A program made the translations under genes and the position numbers. Shown in pieces: positions 38,076-47,842 of a stretch of DNA of 64,000 bases. Every line of letters starts with the position of its first letter. Position 1 is the first letter of the stretch. Source of the DNA: Dehalococcoidia bacterium (GTDB taxonomy: Bacteria > Chloroflexota > Dehalococcoidia > UBA2979); the NCBI GenBank assembly GCA_965237865.1, contig OZ250164.1, positions 309,217 through 373,216 of the forward strand, in the 5' to 3' direction. The notes under the pieces are model-generated. The model was not told the DNA's origin and made no database searches. It saw only the letters and a list, made by a program, of their open reading frames with translations.

Positions 38076-39084
38076 GCGCGAGGCGGCCCCGGCGCCGATC
38101 CGCCGGGCCGCCGTCGTCGGGGCCACCGGCTGGGGCGTGACGATCGCGATCCTGCTCGCGGGTAACGGCGTCTCCGTCACCCTGCTCGCACGCAGCGACG
38201 AGGAAGCCGAGCGCCTGCGCACGGACGGCGAGCTCCATCGCCTGCCCGGCGTGACGTTCCCGCCGGGCCTCGCGATCTCCTCGGACCCCACCACGCTCGA
38301 GGTCGCCGATCTGATCTGCTTCGTCGTGCCGGCGCAGACCATGGCGGCGAACGCCGCCGCCCTCGCGGCGCACGTGCCGCCGTCCACGCCGCTGCTCTCC
38401 GGCTCCAAGGGCATCGAGAGCGAGAGCGGCCGCCGCATGACGGAGGTGCTGGCCTCGCAACTGCCGGGCCGTCCGCTCGCCGCCCTGTCCGGGCCGAATC
38501 TCTCGCGCGAGGTCGCCGCCGGGCTCCCCGGCGCGACCGTCATCGCCTCCGCCGATCCGTCGCTCGAGGCGATCCGCGCCGCGTTCCACAGCGCCGCGTT
38601 CCGCGTCTACACCAGCGGCGACGTCGTCGGCGTCGAGTTTGGCGGGGCGCTCAAGAACATCATCGCGATCGCGGCCGGAATGGAGGACGCCTTCGGCTTC
38701 GGCGACAACGCGAAGGCCGCGCTCATCGCGCGCGGCCTCGCCGAGATATCGAGGCTCGGCGTGGCCGCCGGCGCCGATCCGCTGACCTTCCTGGGCCTCG
38801 CCGGCGTCGGTGACCTGATGGCCAGCTCCTACAGCCCGCTCGCGCGCAACCGCCGCCTCGGCGAGCTGATCGGCGGCGGAGCGAGCCGCGCGGACGCCCT
38901 CGCCAGCATCGGCGAGACGGTCGAGGGCGTCTCGACGACGCCGGCCGCCCTGCGCCTCGCTTCCCGCCTCGGCGTCGAACTGCCGATCGCCGCCGCGCTG
39001 CAGGCGATTCTCGACGAGGAGATCTCGCCGCAGGAGGCGCTGGCGGTGCTGCTCGAGCGCGACCCGATGTCGGAACTCGCCTGA
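38068..39084 (+). CDS. gpsA: NAD(P)H-dependent glycerol-3-phosphate dehydrogenase
   Basis: AAVVGATGWGVTIAILLA (Rossmann fold), GSKGIESESGRRMTEVL, GVEFGGALKNIIAIAAGM. Confidence 0.85.
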   Translation: MPEREAAPAPIRRAAVVGATGWGVTIAILLAGNGVSVTLLARSDEEAERLRTDGELHRLPGVTFPPGLAISSDPTTLEVADLICFVVPAQTMAANAAALAAHVPPSTPLLSGSKGIESESGRRMTEVLASQLPGRPLAALSGPNLSREVAAGLPGATVIASADPSLEAIRAAFHSAAFRVYTSGDVVGVEFGGALKNIIAIAAGMEDAFGFGDNAKAALIARGLAEISRLGVAAGADPLTFLGLAGVGDLMASSYSPLARNRRLGELIGGGASRADALASIGETVEGVSTTPAALRLASRLGVELPIAAALQAILDEEISPQEALAVLLERDPMSELA

Positions 39085-39136
39085 TCGCCGGGCCGCTGAC
39101 GATAGGCGCTGCTAGACTCCCCCTCGGAGGTCGCCG

Positions 39137-40150
39137 ATGAGTCCTCCCGATGCGACGGACGGCGCCGCAAGCGACGGCGATCCGTTCGCCGATGATCGGC
39201 AGCGCGAGTACCCGGCCGCGGCGGACGTGCTCGCCGCGATCGCGGACGAGACGGGGCCGATCGCCTTCGCCGACCTGCCCGCGCTCAGCAACCCTGACGA
39301 CGCCACCGTCGGGCGCGTCTTCGCCCTCTGGAGCCGGCTGACGCCGAACCGTCGCCGCGACTTCCTCGCGGCGATCCAGCAGCTGGCTGACGAGGATGCG
39401 ACGCTGGGCTTCGAGCGCATCCAGCTCTCCGCGCTGCACGACCCGGACGTCGCGACGCGCATCCTCGCGATTCGCGGGCTCTGGGAGAGCGAGCGCCCGG
39501 AGTACGCCGCAGTCCTGCTGGACCTCGCGAGCGACGACGCCGAGGCGAGCGTGCGCGCCGCCGCCGCCGACGGTCTCGCCAGCTTCGTCGTCAGCAACGA
39601 GTTCGGGATGCTGCCGCTGGAGCTGGGCGAGCGCATGCTGGACGCGCTGCGCGACCGCATCGAGGACGTCACGGAACAGGACGAGGTGCGCGGAACCGCG
39701 CTCACCGCCCTCGGCGCGTCCTCGGAGGAGTGGGTCGCCGAGCTGGTCGCCGAGCAGTACGAGACCGGCAGCACGCGGATGCGCCTCGCAGCCGTGGCGG
39801 CGATGGGTCGCCACGGCTCCGACGACTGGCTGCCCGTGCTGATCCAGACCTTCGAGGACGAAGACGAGGACGTGCGCGCGGCCGCCGCCATCTCCGCCGG
39901 CAATCTGCTGCTCGAGGCCGCCGTCGAACCCCTCACGCTGCTGCTCGAGGACGAGGAGCAGGAGGTGCAGGTGGCCGCGATCAGCGCGCTCGGCGAGATC
40001 GCCGGCGACCGCGCCGAGCAGATCCTGCGGGATCTGCTGCGCAGCCCCGAGCCGCACATCGCCGGAGCCGCGGGGCAGGCTGCCGAGGAAGCGCGGATGA
40101 TGGCGGTCGATCCCGGCGAGGAGTCGCCCCTCGAATGGACCGGGGACTGA
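39137..40150 (+). CDS. HEAT-repeat protein
   Basis: Repeated VRAAAA...LG helical repeats (PDVATRILAIRGL, ASVRAAAADGLASF, EDVRAAAAISAGNL, QEVQVAAISALGEI). Confidence 0.6.
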   Translation: MSPPDATDGAASDGDPFADDRQREYPAAADVLAAIADETGPIAFADLPALSNPDDATVGRVFALWSRLTPNRRRDFLAAIQQLADEDATLGFERIQLSALHDPDVATRILAIRGLWESERPEYAAVLLDLASDDAEASVRAAAADGLASFVVSNEFGMLPLELGERMLDALRDRIEDVTEQDEVRGTALTALGASSEEWVAELVAEQYETGSTRMRLAAVAAMGRHGSDDWLPVLIQTFEDEDEDVRAAAAISAGNLLLEAAVEPLTLLLEDEEQEVQVAAISALGEIAGDRAEQILRDLLRSPEPHIAGAAGQAAEEARMMAVDPGEESPLEWTGD

Positions 40151-40611
40151 TGAGCGCCTGCGACGGCGCGCGCGAGATCTGGTCGGCGGGCGGCGTCGTC
40201 TACCGGCGCGGCGGCTCCTCCGGCCTCGAGGTCGTGCTCGTCGCGCGGCCGCGCGAGCGCCTCTGGGCGCTGCCCAAGGGCAAGCCCGAGCCCGGCGAGA
40301 GCATCGAACAGACGGCGCTGCGCGAGGTCGCCGAGGAGACGGGGCTGCGGGTCGCCATCGATCGGCGCGAACCGCTCGGCTCGATCCGCTACTCGTACGA
40401 GGCGCCGCGGGAGGGCGGGCGCGTCAACAAGGTCGTCCACCACTACCTGATGCAGCCGATCGGCGGCGACCTCGAACATCACGACGAGGAGTACGACCTG
40501 GCCGGGTGGTTCGACGCCCACGAGGCGTGCAAGCGCATGACGTACGGGAACGAGCGCTCGATCGTCGAACGGGCGATCGAGGCGCTCAACGGCGGCGAGG
40601 CGCCAAGATGA
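40150..40611 (+). CDS. NUDIX hydrolase
   Basis: Nudix box GKPEPGESIEQTALREVAEETGL. ATG overlaps the HEAT gene stop (ATGA). Confidence 0.7.
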   Translation: MSACDGAREIWSAGGVVYRRGGSSGLEVVLVARPRERLWALPKGKPEPGESIEQTALREVAEETGLRVAIDRREPLGSIRYSYEAPREGGRVNKVVHHYLMQPIGGDLEHHDEEYDLAGWFDAHEACKRMTYGNERSIVERAIEALNGGEAPR

Positions 40612-41225
40612 CCGCCACCGCGCCGCGCGTCATCGCCGAGGGCCGCCTCGTGCGCCTGCGCGAGAAGCAGATCGAGGACGCCTGGCGGGACTACACCTGG
40701 CGCAAGGACCGGGAACTCGCCGACTACGACGCGACGCGCCCGATCACGATGACCTTCCGGGCCTACACCGCGACCATCACGGAGGATCTGCGCCGCCCCT
40801 CCCGGTTCCGCCGCACCTTCGCGATCGAGGACCGCGAGAGCGGGACGCACATCGGCAACGTGATGTACTACGGGTACGACTCGTACCTCGGCGAGGCCGA
40901 GCTGGGGATCACGATCGGGGACCGGGCGTACTGGGCGAGGGGCTATGGCAGCGAGGCCGTGCGCTACCTGCTCGGGCACCTCTTCGGGGAGCTGGAGCTG
41001 CGGCGCGTCTACCTGCACACGCTGACCAGCAACGTGCGCGCACAGCACGCCTTCCGCCGCGCCGGCTTCCGCCGCCTCCGCTCCGTGCGCCGCGACGGCT
41101 ACGACTTCGAGCGCATGGAGATCAGCCGCGAGGAGTACCAGCAGCAAGAGCGCGACGCCGCCTCCGGCGAGGTCCAGCCGGAAGGCGGCGACCCCTCGGG
41201 CGCGGCTGGCGCTGGCGCGCTGTAG
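40608..41225 (+). CDS. GNAT-family N-acetyltransferase
   Basis: RVYLHTLTSNVRAQHAFRRAGF matches the acetyl-CoA binding motif A region. ATG overlaps the NUDIX stop. Confidence 0.7.
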   Translation: MTATAPRVIAEGRLVRLREKQIEDAWRDYTWRKDRELADYDATRPITMTFRAYTATITEDLRRPSRFRRTFAIEDRESGTHIGNVMYYGYDSYLGEAELGITIGDRAYWARGYGSEAVRYLLGHLFGELELRRVYLHTLTSNVRAQHAFRRAGFRRLRSVRRDGYDFERMEISREEYQQQERDAASGEVQPEGGDPSGAAGAGAL

Positions 41226-41349
41226 GGGCCGGTGCTACCTTCTCGCTCGATGCCGGACCGAGCGGTTCGGGGGCCCGGTGGCGGGTCGCGGCGTCCCGGT
41301 TCGAGGGACGCGCAGCCCCCTGGCGGGGACCGCTGAGGAGCGCGCCCGG

Positions 41350-41724
41350 GTGATTCCAGAGCTGTTCGGCCGCGTCGGGGTACTTATCCTTCTGGGCGTG
41401 GTCTTTCCCGCGATTCCGCTCATTGCCTCCTTCGGCATCTACCTGCTGCGCCGCCGGCCCAGCAATCCCGACCCCATCAAGCACGCCACCTACGAGTGCG
41501 GCGTCGAATCCGAGGGCAACGCCTGGGGGCAGTTCAACGCCCGCTACTACCTGTTCGGGCTCGGCTTCGTGATCTTCGACGTGGAGGTCGTCTTCCTCTA
41601 TCCGTGGGCGCTGCAGCACGGCGTGCTCAACACCGATGCGCTGTTCAAGGCCGCGATCTTCGTCGGCGTGCTGGCCTTCGGCCTTGCCTACGCCTGGCGG
41701 CGCCGCGCGCTGGAGTGGCGCTAG
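41350..41724 (+). CDS. nuoA: NADH-quinone oxidoreductase subunit A
   Basis: VIPELFGRVGVLILLGVVFPAIPLIASFG...YECGVESEGNAW...FVIFDVEVVFLYPWA. GTG at 41350 follows AGGAG; the N-terminal part of the track ORF is rejected. Confidence 0.8.
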   Translation: MIPELFGRVGVLILLGVVFPAIPLIASFGIYLLRRRPSNPDPIKHATYECGVESEGNAWGQFNARYYLFGLGFVIFDVEVVFLYPWALQHGVLNTDALFKAAIFVGVLAFGLAYAWRRRALEWR

Positions 41725-41725
41725 C

Positions 41726-42241
41726 GTGCCGGCGGGCCCGCGGCAGCTGAGCGGCGAGGTCGTCGCGGCGCCCCTCGCCGCAGCTGTCCCCGACGCGATC
41801 CTGCGCGCGACCGACGAGTGGGTCGAGGTGCGGCCCGAGCGCATCGTGGACGTGCTGCGCTTCCTGCACGACGACGCCGACCTCGACGCGCGGCAGCTCA
41901 GCAGCCTCTGCGCCGTCGACCGCTACGACCGCTTCGAGGTGGTCTACCACTTGCAGTCGCTCGACCAGAACCATCAGATCGTGATCAAGGCGATCATCGC
42001 CGAGCACGACGAGCCCTCGCTGCCGAGCTCCTACGGCGTCTACAAGGGCGCGCTGCTGCAGGAGCGCGAGGCCTACGACCTGATGGGCGTGCGCTTCGAG
42101 GGCCACCCGGACCTGCGCCGCATGTTCCTCTGGGAGGGCTTCCCCGGCTTCCCGCTGCGCAAGGACTTCCTGCAAATCCCCGAGCACCACCCCGGCCTGC
42201 CGAAGTTCCCCTTCGAGGAACCCGGGGTGCAGGCAAGATGA
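41726..42241 (+). CDS. nuoC: NADH-quinone oxidoreductase subunit C (30 kDa)
   Basis: FEVVYHLQSLDQNHQIVIKA...YDLMGVRFEGHPDLRRMFLWEGFPGFPLRKDF. GTG lies 1 nt after the nuoA stop, so there is no nuoB between A and C. Confidence 0.8.
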   Translation: MPAGPRQLSGEVVAAPLAAAVPDAILRATDEWVEVRPERIVDVLRFLHDDADLDARQLSSLCAVDRYDRFEVVYHLQSLDQNHQIVIKAIIAEHDEPSLPSSYGVYKGALLQEREAYDLMGVRFEGHPDLRRMFLWEGFPGFPLRKDFLQIPEHHPGLPKFPFEEPGVQAR

Positions 42242-42251
42242 CGGTGACGCG

Positions 42252-43355
42252 ATGACCGCCGCGACCGAGCCGTACGTCCTGAACATCGGGCCTCAGCACC
42301 CCTCGACCCACGGGGTGTTCCGGCTGCGCGTCGTCATGGACGGCGAGCGCATCCAGGACGTCGAGATGGTGGTCGGCTACCTCCACCGCTCGATGGAGAA
42401 GCTGGCCGAGGAGCGCAGCTACACGCAGAACATCCCTTTCACCGACCGCGCCGACTACCTGGCGGCGATGAGCGGCAACCTCGGCTACTGCCTCGCCGTG
42501 GAGCGCCTCGCGGGTGTCGAGGTGCCGGAGCGCGCCTCCTACCTGCGCGTGATCTTCGCGGAGCTGCAGCGCATCGCCAGCCACTCGATGGCGAACGGCA
42601 CGTTCGTCAACGACGCGGGCGCGTGGCAGACGCCGCTGATGTACATGTTCCGCGAGCGCGAGCGCATCCTCGATCTTTTCGAGATGACCTGCGGCGCGCG
42701 CCTCACCACGAACTACATGCGCATCGGCGGTGTCGCCTTCGACCCGCCGGACGAGTTCTACCCGGCGATCAACTCGCTGGTCGATGAGCTGCCGGAGCGC
42801 ATCGACGAGTACGCGGAGCTGCTGGTCGACAACGAGATCCTGCTCGCGCGCGGGCGCGGCGTGGGCATCATCACCGCCGAGGACGCGATCAACGGCTCGC
42901 TCGTCGGACCGATGCTGCGCGGCTCGGGCGTGCCCTGGGATCTGCGCAAGGCCGAGCCCTATTGCGTCTACGATCGCGTCGACTTCGAGATCCCCGTGGG
43001 GCGGCGGGGCGACGCGTACGATCGCTTCCTCGTACGCCTCGAGGAGGTCCGCCAGTCGACGCGCATCATCCGCCAGGCGCTCGACGGGTTGCCGTCCGGC
43101 CCGCACAAGACGCAGATCCCGCTCGCGCTGCGGCCCGATCCCGGCGAGGCCTACGCCCGCGTCGAGGGCCCGCGCGGTGAGCTCGGCTTCTACGTCGTCT
43201 CCGACGGCGGCTCCGCGCCGTTCCGCTTCCACATCCGCGCGCCCTCGCTGATCAACCTCTCGCTGCTGCGCGAGATGGCGACCGGCGCCTCGCTGCCGGA
43301 CGCGATCGTGGCGCTCGGCTCCATCGACATCGTCGTCGGGGAGATCGACCGATGA
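42252..43355 (+). CDS. nuoD: NADH-quinone oxidoreductase subunit D (49 kDa)
   Basis: MTAATEPYVLNIGPQHPSTHGVFRL...RIGGVAFDPP...RAPSLINL. Confidence 0.9.
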   Translation: MTAATEPYVLNIGPQHPSTHGVFRLRVVMDGERIQDVEMVVGYLHRSMEKLAEERSYTQNIPFTDRADYLAAMSGNLGYCLAVERLAGVEVPERASYLRVIFAELQRIASHSMANGTFVNDAGAWQTPLMYMFRERERILDLFEMTCGARLTTNYMRIGGVAFDPPDEFYPAINSLVDELPERIDEYAELLVDNEILLARGRGVGIITAEDAINGSLVGPMLRGSGVPWDLRKAEPYCVYDRVDFEIPVGRRGDAYDRFLVRLEEVRQSTRIIRQALDGLPSGPHKTQIPLALRPDPGEAYARVEGPRGELGFYVVSDGGSAPFRFHIRAPSLINLSLLREMATGASLPDAIVALGSIDIVVGEIDR

Positions 43356-44797
43356 GTTCGCTGCGAACCGGCAAGCGGCTCCCGCAGCGCGTGGTTCCGC
43401 GCGCGCTGATGGTGCTCGGCGCGCTCGGCGCGCTTGGCTTCCTCGCCGTCAACGTGGCCATCGGCTACGTCGTGATCGACGGCCATCTCGATGGGCAGTG
43501 GTACGACGTGCGCGATCTCGGCATCGGCGTCGAGGCGCTGCGCGAGTGGCTGGACGATCGCAACGCGCAGCAGCCGGGCATCCTCGACTTCCTCGGCCAG
43601 CACTGGATCTCGTACGCCGTCACGGCGCTGCTGGGCGCTACCGGCATCCTCAGCCTCGTCGGCGGCGCGCTGCTGATCCTGATCTGGGTCGAGCGGCGGC
43701 TGATCGGCCGCATGCAGATCCGCCGCGGACCGAACCGCGTCGGGCCCTACGGCCTGCTGCAGCCGGTCGCCGACGCGCTCAAGCTGATCCAGAAGGAAGT
43801 GCTGATGCCGCGCGGCGCGGACCGCGCGATGTTCTTCCTCCCGCCCGCGATCATCTTCATCCCGATGATCGTCGCCTGGGGTCCGATCCCGTGGGGCGGG
43901 CAGATGTCCTACCTCGACGTGCACGTCGGGATCCTCTTCCTGATCGCCGTCAGCTCGCTCACCACGCTGGCGATCTTCATGGCCGGCTGGTCGTCGAATA
44001 ACCACTACGCGCTGCTCGGCGCTATGCGCACGATCGCGATGATGATCTCCTACGAGATCCCGCTCTCCCTCGCGCTGCTCTCCGTGGTGCTGCTCAGCGG
44101 CTCGATGCAGCTCTCGGTGATCGTGGAGTGGCAGGCCACCCACAACGCCTGGCTCGCCGCGCTGCTGCCGCTGGCGATGCTGACCTACTTCTTCTCCGCG
44201 ACCGCCGAACTGAACCGCACGCCCAACGACATCGCCGAGGCGGAGTCCGAGATCGTCGCCGGCTTCCACACCGAGTACTCCGGCATGAAGTTCGGGCTCT
44301 TCTACGCCGTCGAGCTGGGCAACGCGCTCTTCGTCGCGGCGCTGACGGCGACGCTCTTCCTCGGCGGCTGGTCGTTGTTCGGCCTCGAGGAGTGGATACC
44401 GGGCTACCTGATCCTCGGGGCGAAGATCTCGGCGGCCTACTTCCTGCTGATCTGGCTGCGCGGCACGCTCCCGCGCTTCCGCCTGGACCAGCTGATGCGC
44501 TTCGCCTGGCAGTTCCTGATCCCGCTCTCGCTCGTCAACCTGCTGATCGTCGCCGCCGAGGCATCCCTGTTCGCGCGCTGGGAAGTCGAGGGTATTGTCA
44601 GCCTCGGGCTCTTCGCGATCGTGAACTGGGCCGCTGCGGCGTTCCTCCTGCGCGAGTGGGCGCGCCGCCTCGGCTACCGCCCGGAGCACGAGGCAGTCCG
44701 GCGGCCGGTGCTCACCCAGGATGTCGGCGGGATGCAGGCGGCGCGCAGGCTCGGCGCGGCGGAGCCCGGCGTGCTGGAGATGGGGACGGAGGCCTGA
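43352..44797 (+). CDS. nuoH: NADH-quinone oxidoreductase subunit H with N- and C-terminal extensions
   Basis: Core RMQIRRGPNRVGPYGLLQPVADALKLIQKE...; ~95 extra aa with one TM helix at the N-terminus and ~75 extra aa at the C-terminus (481 aa versus the typical ~330-400). Confidence 0.8.
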   Translation: MSSLRTGKRLPQRVVPRALMVLGALGALGFLAVNVAIGYVVIDGHLDGQWYDVRDLGIGVEALREWLDDRNAQQPGILDFLGQHWISYAVTALLGATGILSLVGGALLILIWVERRLIGRMQIRRGPNRVGPYGLLQPVADALKLIQKEVLMPRGADRAMFFLPPAIIFIPMIVAWGPIPWGGQMSYLDVHVGILFLIAVSSLTTLAIFMAGWSSNNHYALLGAMRTIAMMISYEIPLSLALLSVVLLSGSMQLSVIVEWQATHNAWLAALLPLAMLTYFFSATAELNRTPNDIAEAESEIVAGFHTEYSGMKFGLFYAVELGNALFVAALTATLFLGGWSLFGLEEWIPGYLILGAKISAAYFLLIWLRGTLPRFRLDQLMRFAWQFLIPLSLVNLLIVAAEASLFARWEVEGIVSLGLFAIVNWAAAAFLLREWARRLGYRPEHEAVRRPVLTQDVGGMQAARRLGAAEPGVLEMGTEA

Positions 44798-45312
44798 TGG
44801 ACTCCGCGGGAATCATCGTCGCCTTCTGGCTGCTCTCCGCGATTGCGGTGGGCTCCGCCATCGGTGTCTTCCTCGCGAGGAACCTGATTCACGCCGTCGC
44901 GCTGCTCGTGCTCTCGTTCGTCGCCACCGCGGGGCTGTTCCTCACGCTCTCCGCGGACTTCATCGCCGTCGCGCAGGTGCTGATCTACGCTGGCGCGATT
45001 CCGGTGCTGATGGTCTTCGCCGTGATGCTCACCCCGCTCGCGGGGCGCGACAACGGCAACTCGCTCTTCGTCGTGCCCGGCGTGCTGCTCGGTGGCGCCT
45101 TCGCCGTGGTCGTCGCGATCATCGCGATCGATGCCGAGTGGGGCGCGCTCGGCGGCGCCGCGCTCGCCGGCCAGTCCTTCGAGACCACCGCCGACGCGAT
45201 CGGCGACGCGCTGCTCGGGCGCTACGTGCTCGCCTTCGAGATCGCCTCGGTGCTGTTGCTCGCTGCGCTGATCGGCGCGATCGTGCTGGTGCGAGAGGAC
45301 GAGCCGGCATGA
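44797..45312 (+). CDS. nuoJ: NADH-quinone oxidoreductase subunit J
   Basis: MDSAGIIVAFWLLSAIAVGSAIGVFLARNLIHAVALLVLSFVATAGLF. ATG overlaps the nuoH stop, so there is no nuoI between H and J. Confidence 0.8.
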   Translation: MDSAGIIVAFWLLSAIAVGSAIGVFLARNLIHAVALLVLSFVATAGLFLTLSADFIAVAQVLIYAGAIPVLMVFAVMLTPLAGRDNGNSLFVVPGVLLGGAFAVVVAIIAIDAEWGALGGAALAGQSFETTADAIGDALLGRYVLAFEIASVLLLAALIGAIVLVREDEPA

Positions 45313-45635
45313 GCGTGGAGCTGGCCCACTACCTGACCGTGGGCGCGATGATCTTCGGCGTCGGGATCGCCATCGCGCTCTCCAAGCGCAACGCGATCGC
45401 CGTGCTGATGGGCGTCGAGTTGATGCTCAACGGCGTCAACCTCACCTTCCTCGCGTTCTCGCGCTTCGGCGGCGCCTTCGACGGCGGGGACGCCCCGCTC
45501 GCGGGCCACGTCTTCGTCATCTTCGTGCTTACCGTCGCCGCCGCCGAGGCCGCGGTCGCCCTCGCGATGGCGGTGCTGATCTACCGGCGGCGCGAGACCG
45601 TCGACCTCGATCGCATCAACCTGATGCGCTGGTAG
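45309..45635 (+). CDS. nuoK: NADH-quinone oxidoreductase subunit K
   Basis: MSVELAHYLTVGAMIFGVGIAIALSKRNAIAVLMGVELMLNGVNLTFLAFSR. Confidence 0.85.
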   Translation: MSVELAHYLTVGAMIFGVGIAIALSKRNAIAVLMGVELMLNGVNLTFLAFSRFGGAFDGGDAPLAGHVFVIFVLTVAAAEAAVALAMAVLIYRRRETVDLDRINLMRW

Positions 45636-45648
45636 GGCGGAGGGGCGT

Positions 45649-45837
45649 ATGTGGGTGAAGTTCATGGACGCGCCCGACGGCTACGCCGCAGCGATGTGGT
45701 GGGAGCTGTTCAACACGGAAGCCATCGCCGTGCGCATCGTGCCGCCCCTCGAAATCGGCCCGATGTCCGCGCCCCGCGAGATCTGGGCGCCCGACGGCAA
45801 GACCCACGTCGCCCGCGAAGTGCTGAACAAGATCTAG
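45649..45837 (+). CDS. small hypothetical protein (62 aa) between nuoK and nuoL
   Basis: ATG preceded by GGAGG at ~5 nt; third-position G/C bias consistent with coding; no TM segment; MWVKFMDAPDGYAAAMWWELFNTEAIAVRIVPPLEIGPMSAPREIWAPDGKTHVAREVLNKI. Confidence 0.45.
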   Translation: MWVKFMDAPDGYAAAMWWELFNTEAIAVRIVPPLEIGPMSAPREIWAPDGKTHVAREVLNKI

Positions 45838-45883
45838 CGGCGATGCGCACACCCGGAAACCGAACACAAGCTGGCGAGGCCTG

Positions 45884-47842
45884 ATGCTGCTCGGTCAAGT
45901 CCCCGAAGCCGTCGTCTGGGCGATCTATTTCGCCCCGGTCGCCTCGACGCTGCTGATCACCGCCGGGCTGATCGCGCGGCGGCTGTTCGGTGCCCGCTGG
46001 CTGCGTGACGAGTGGGCCGGACGACTCACCATCGCCGCGCTCACCGTCGCCTGGCTCGCCGCGCTGTGGGCGCTCGACAGCTCCATCGAGGCGGGGGGCG
46101 AGGCGCTCGGCTTCCACGCGCACCAGTGGCTGACGCTGTTCGACCTGCATGTCGAGATGGGTGTGCGAATCGACGGCCTCTCCGCGATCATGGTCGTGGT
46201 CGTCACGAGCGTCTCGCTGCTCGTCCAGATCTACTCCGTCGGCTACATGCACGGCGACAGCGGCTACGCCCGCTACTTCGCATTCATGTCGCTGTTCACG
46301 GCGGCGATGCTGGGGCTGGTGCTCTCCTCGAGCTTGCTCCAGTTGTTCGTGCACTGGGAGCTGGTCGGGCTCGCCTCGTACCTGCTGATCGGCTTCTGGT
46401 TCCACCGGCCCGCGGCGGCGGCGGCCGCGAAGAAGGCGTTCATCGTCACGCGCTTCGGCGACTTCGCCTTCCTGCTCGCCGTGCTGCTGATCTGGGGCAA
46501 GGCCGGGACGTTCGACATCCACGAGATCAACGAGCTGGCGCTCGCGGGCGCGCTCTCCTCGGCGGTGCTCACGGGCTTCACGCTCGGTCTGCTCTCGGGC
46601 GCCATCGGCAAGTCCGCGCAGTTCCCGCTGCACATCTGGCTGCCCGACGCGATGGAGGGCCCGACGCCCGTCTCCGCGCTGATCCACGCCGCCACGATGG
46701 TCGTCGCCGGCGTCTACCTGATCGCGCGCATGTTCCCCAGCTTCGAGGCCGCCCCGGCGGAGATCCTGGACCTCGTGGCCTACATCGGCGGCTTCACGGC
46801 GTTGCTGGCGGCCGTGTTGGGGCTGGTGCAGACGGACATCAAGCGCGTGCTCGCCTACTCGACGATCTCGCAGATCGGCTACATGGTGCTGGCGCTCGGG
46901 GTGTTCGGCTACGTGGCGGCGATCTTCCACCTCTTCACGCACGCCTTCTTCAAGGCGCTGCTCTTCCTCGGCGCCGGCTCGGTCAACCACGCGACGTACA
47001 GCTTCGACATGCGCCGCATGGGCGGCCTGCGCTCGTACATGCCGATCACCTACGTGACCTTCGTGATCGGCGCGCTCTCGCTGTCTGGCGTGTTCCCCCT
47101 CGCGGGGTTCTGGAGCAAGGACGAGATCCTGCTCGACGCCTGGAACCACGACAAGCTGCTGTTCGTGATCGGCATCGCCGTCGCCTTCATGACCGCGCTC
47201 TACATGTTCCGCGCGATCTTCCTCACCTTCTGGGGCGAGTACCGCGGCGGCGAGGAGCCCGAGGCCGGCCGCGGCGATATCTCCACCGTTCCCCACGAGT
47301 CCCCGCCCTCGATGGCGTTCCCGCTGCTGATCCTCGCCGTGCCGGCCGTCCTCGCCGGCCTGTTCGCGCTCGGCGGCGGCTTCACGCACCTGATCGAGGG
47401 CTCGCTGCCGGCTGAGTTGCGGCACGGCAAGCCGCACATCGAGGGCATCGTCGTCGCCGCCTCGCTCGTCGCCGCCCTCGCGGGCATCGGCGTCGCTACC
47501 GCGGTCTACCTCTACCGCCGGCCCGCTTCCGAGGCCGTCGCCGCCCGCCTCGGTCCGCTTCCGGGCGTCGTCGAGCAGAAGTACTACCTCGACTTCCTCG
47601 CCGAGACGGTGATCGTGCGCTGGATCCTCAACACCGGACTGCAGCGTGCCGCCGAGCTCTTCGACCGCTACATCGTCGACGCCATCGCGGACGGGATCGG
47701 CACGGGCACGCGGCTCGCCGGCGACGCGCTGCGCCGCTCCGAGGCGGGCTACGTGCAGGCCTACACCTCGCTGTTCTTCATCGGAGTCGTGATCGCCGTC
47801 GTCGCGGTCGCGGTCCTCGGCACTGACGTGGTGGGCCGCTGA
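45884..47842 (+). CDS. nuoL: NADH-quinone oxidoreductase subunit L
   Basis: 652 aa; SALIHAATMVVAGVYL and typical antiporter-like TM repeats. Confidence 0.9.
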   Translation: MLLGQVPEAVVWAIYFAPVASTLLITAGLIARRLFGARWLRDEWAGRLTIAALTVAWLAALWALDSSIEAGGEALGFHAHQWLTLFDLHVEMGVRIDGLSAIMVVVVTSVSLLVQIYSVGYMHGDSGYARYFAFMSLFTAAMLGLVLSSSLLQLFVHWELVGLASYLLIGFWFHRPAAAAAAKKAFIVTRFGDFAFLLAVLLIWGKAGTFDIHEINELALAGALSSAVLTGFTLGLLSGAIGKSAQFPLHIWLPDAMEGPTPVSALIHAATMVVAGVYLIARMFPSFEAAPAEILDLVAYIGGFTALLAAVLGLVQTDIKRVLAYSTISQIGYMVLALGVFGYVAAIFHLFTHAFFKALLFLGAGSVNHATYSFDMRRMGGLRSYMPITYVTFVIGALSLSGVFPLAGFWSKDEILLDAWNHDKLLFVIGIAVAFMTALYMFRAIFLTFWGEYRGGEEPEAGRGDISTVPHESPPSMAFPLLILAVPAVLAGLFALGGGFTHLIEGSLPAELRHGKPHIEGIVVAASLVAALAGIGVATAVYLYRRPASEAVAARLGPLPGVVEQKYYLDFLAETVIVRWILNTGLQRAAELFDRYIVDAIADGIGTGTRLAGDALRRSEAGYVQAYTSLFFIGVVIAVVAVAVLGTDVVGR

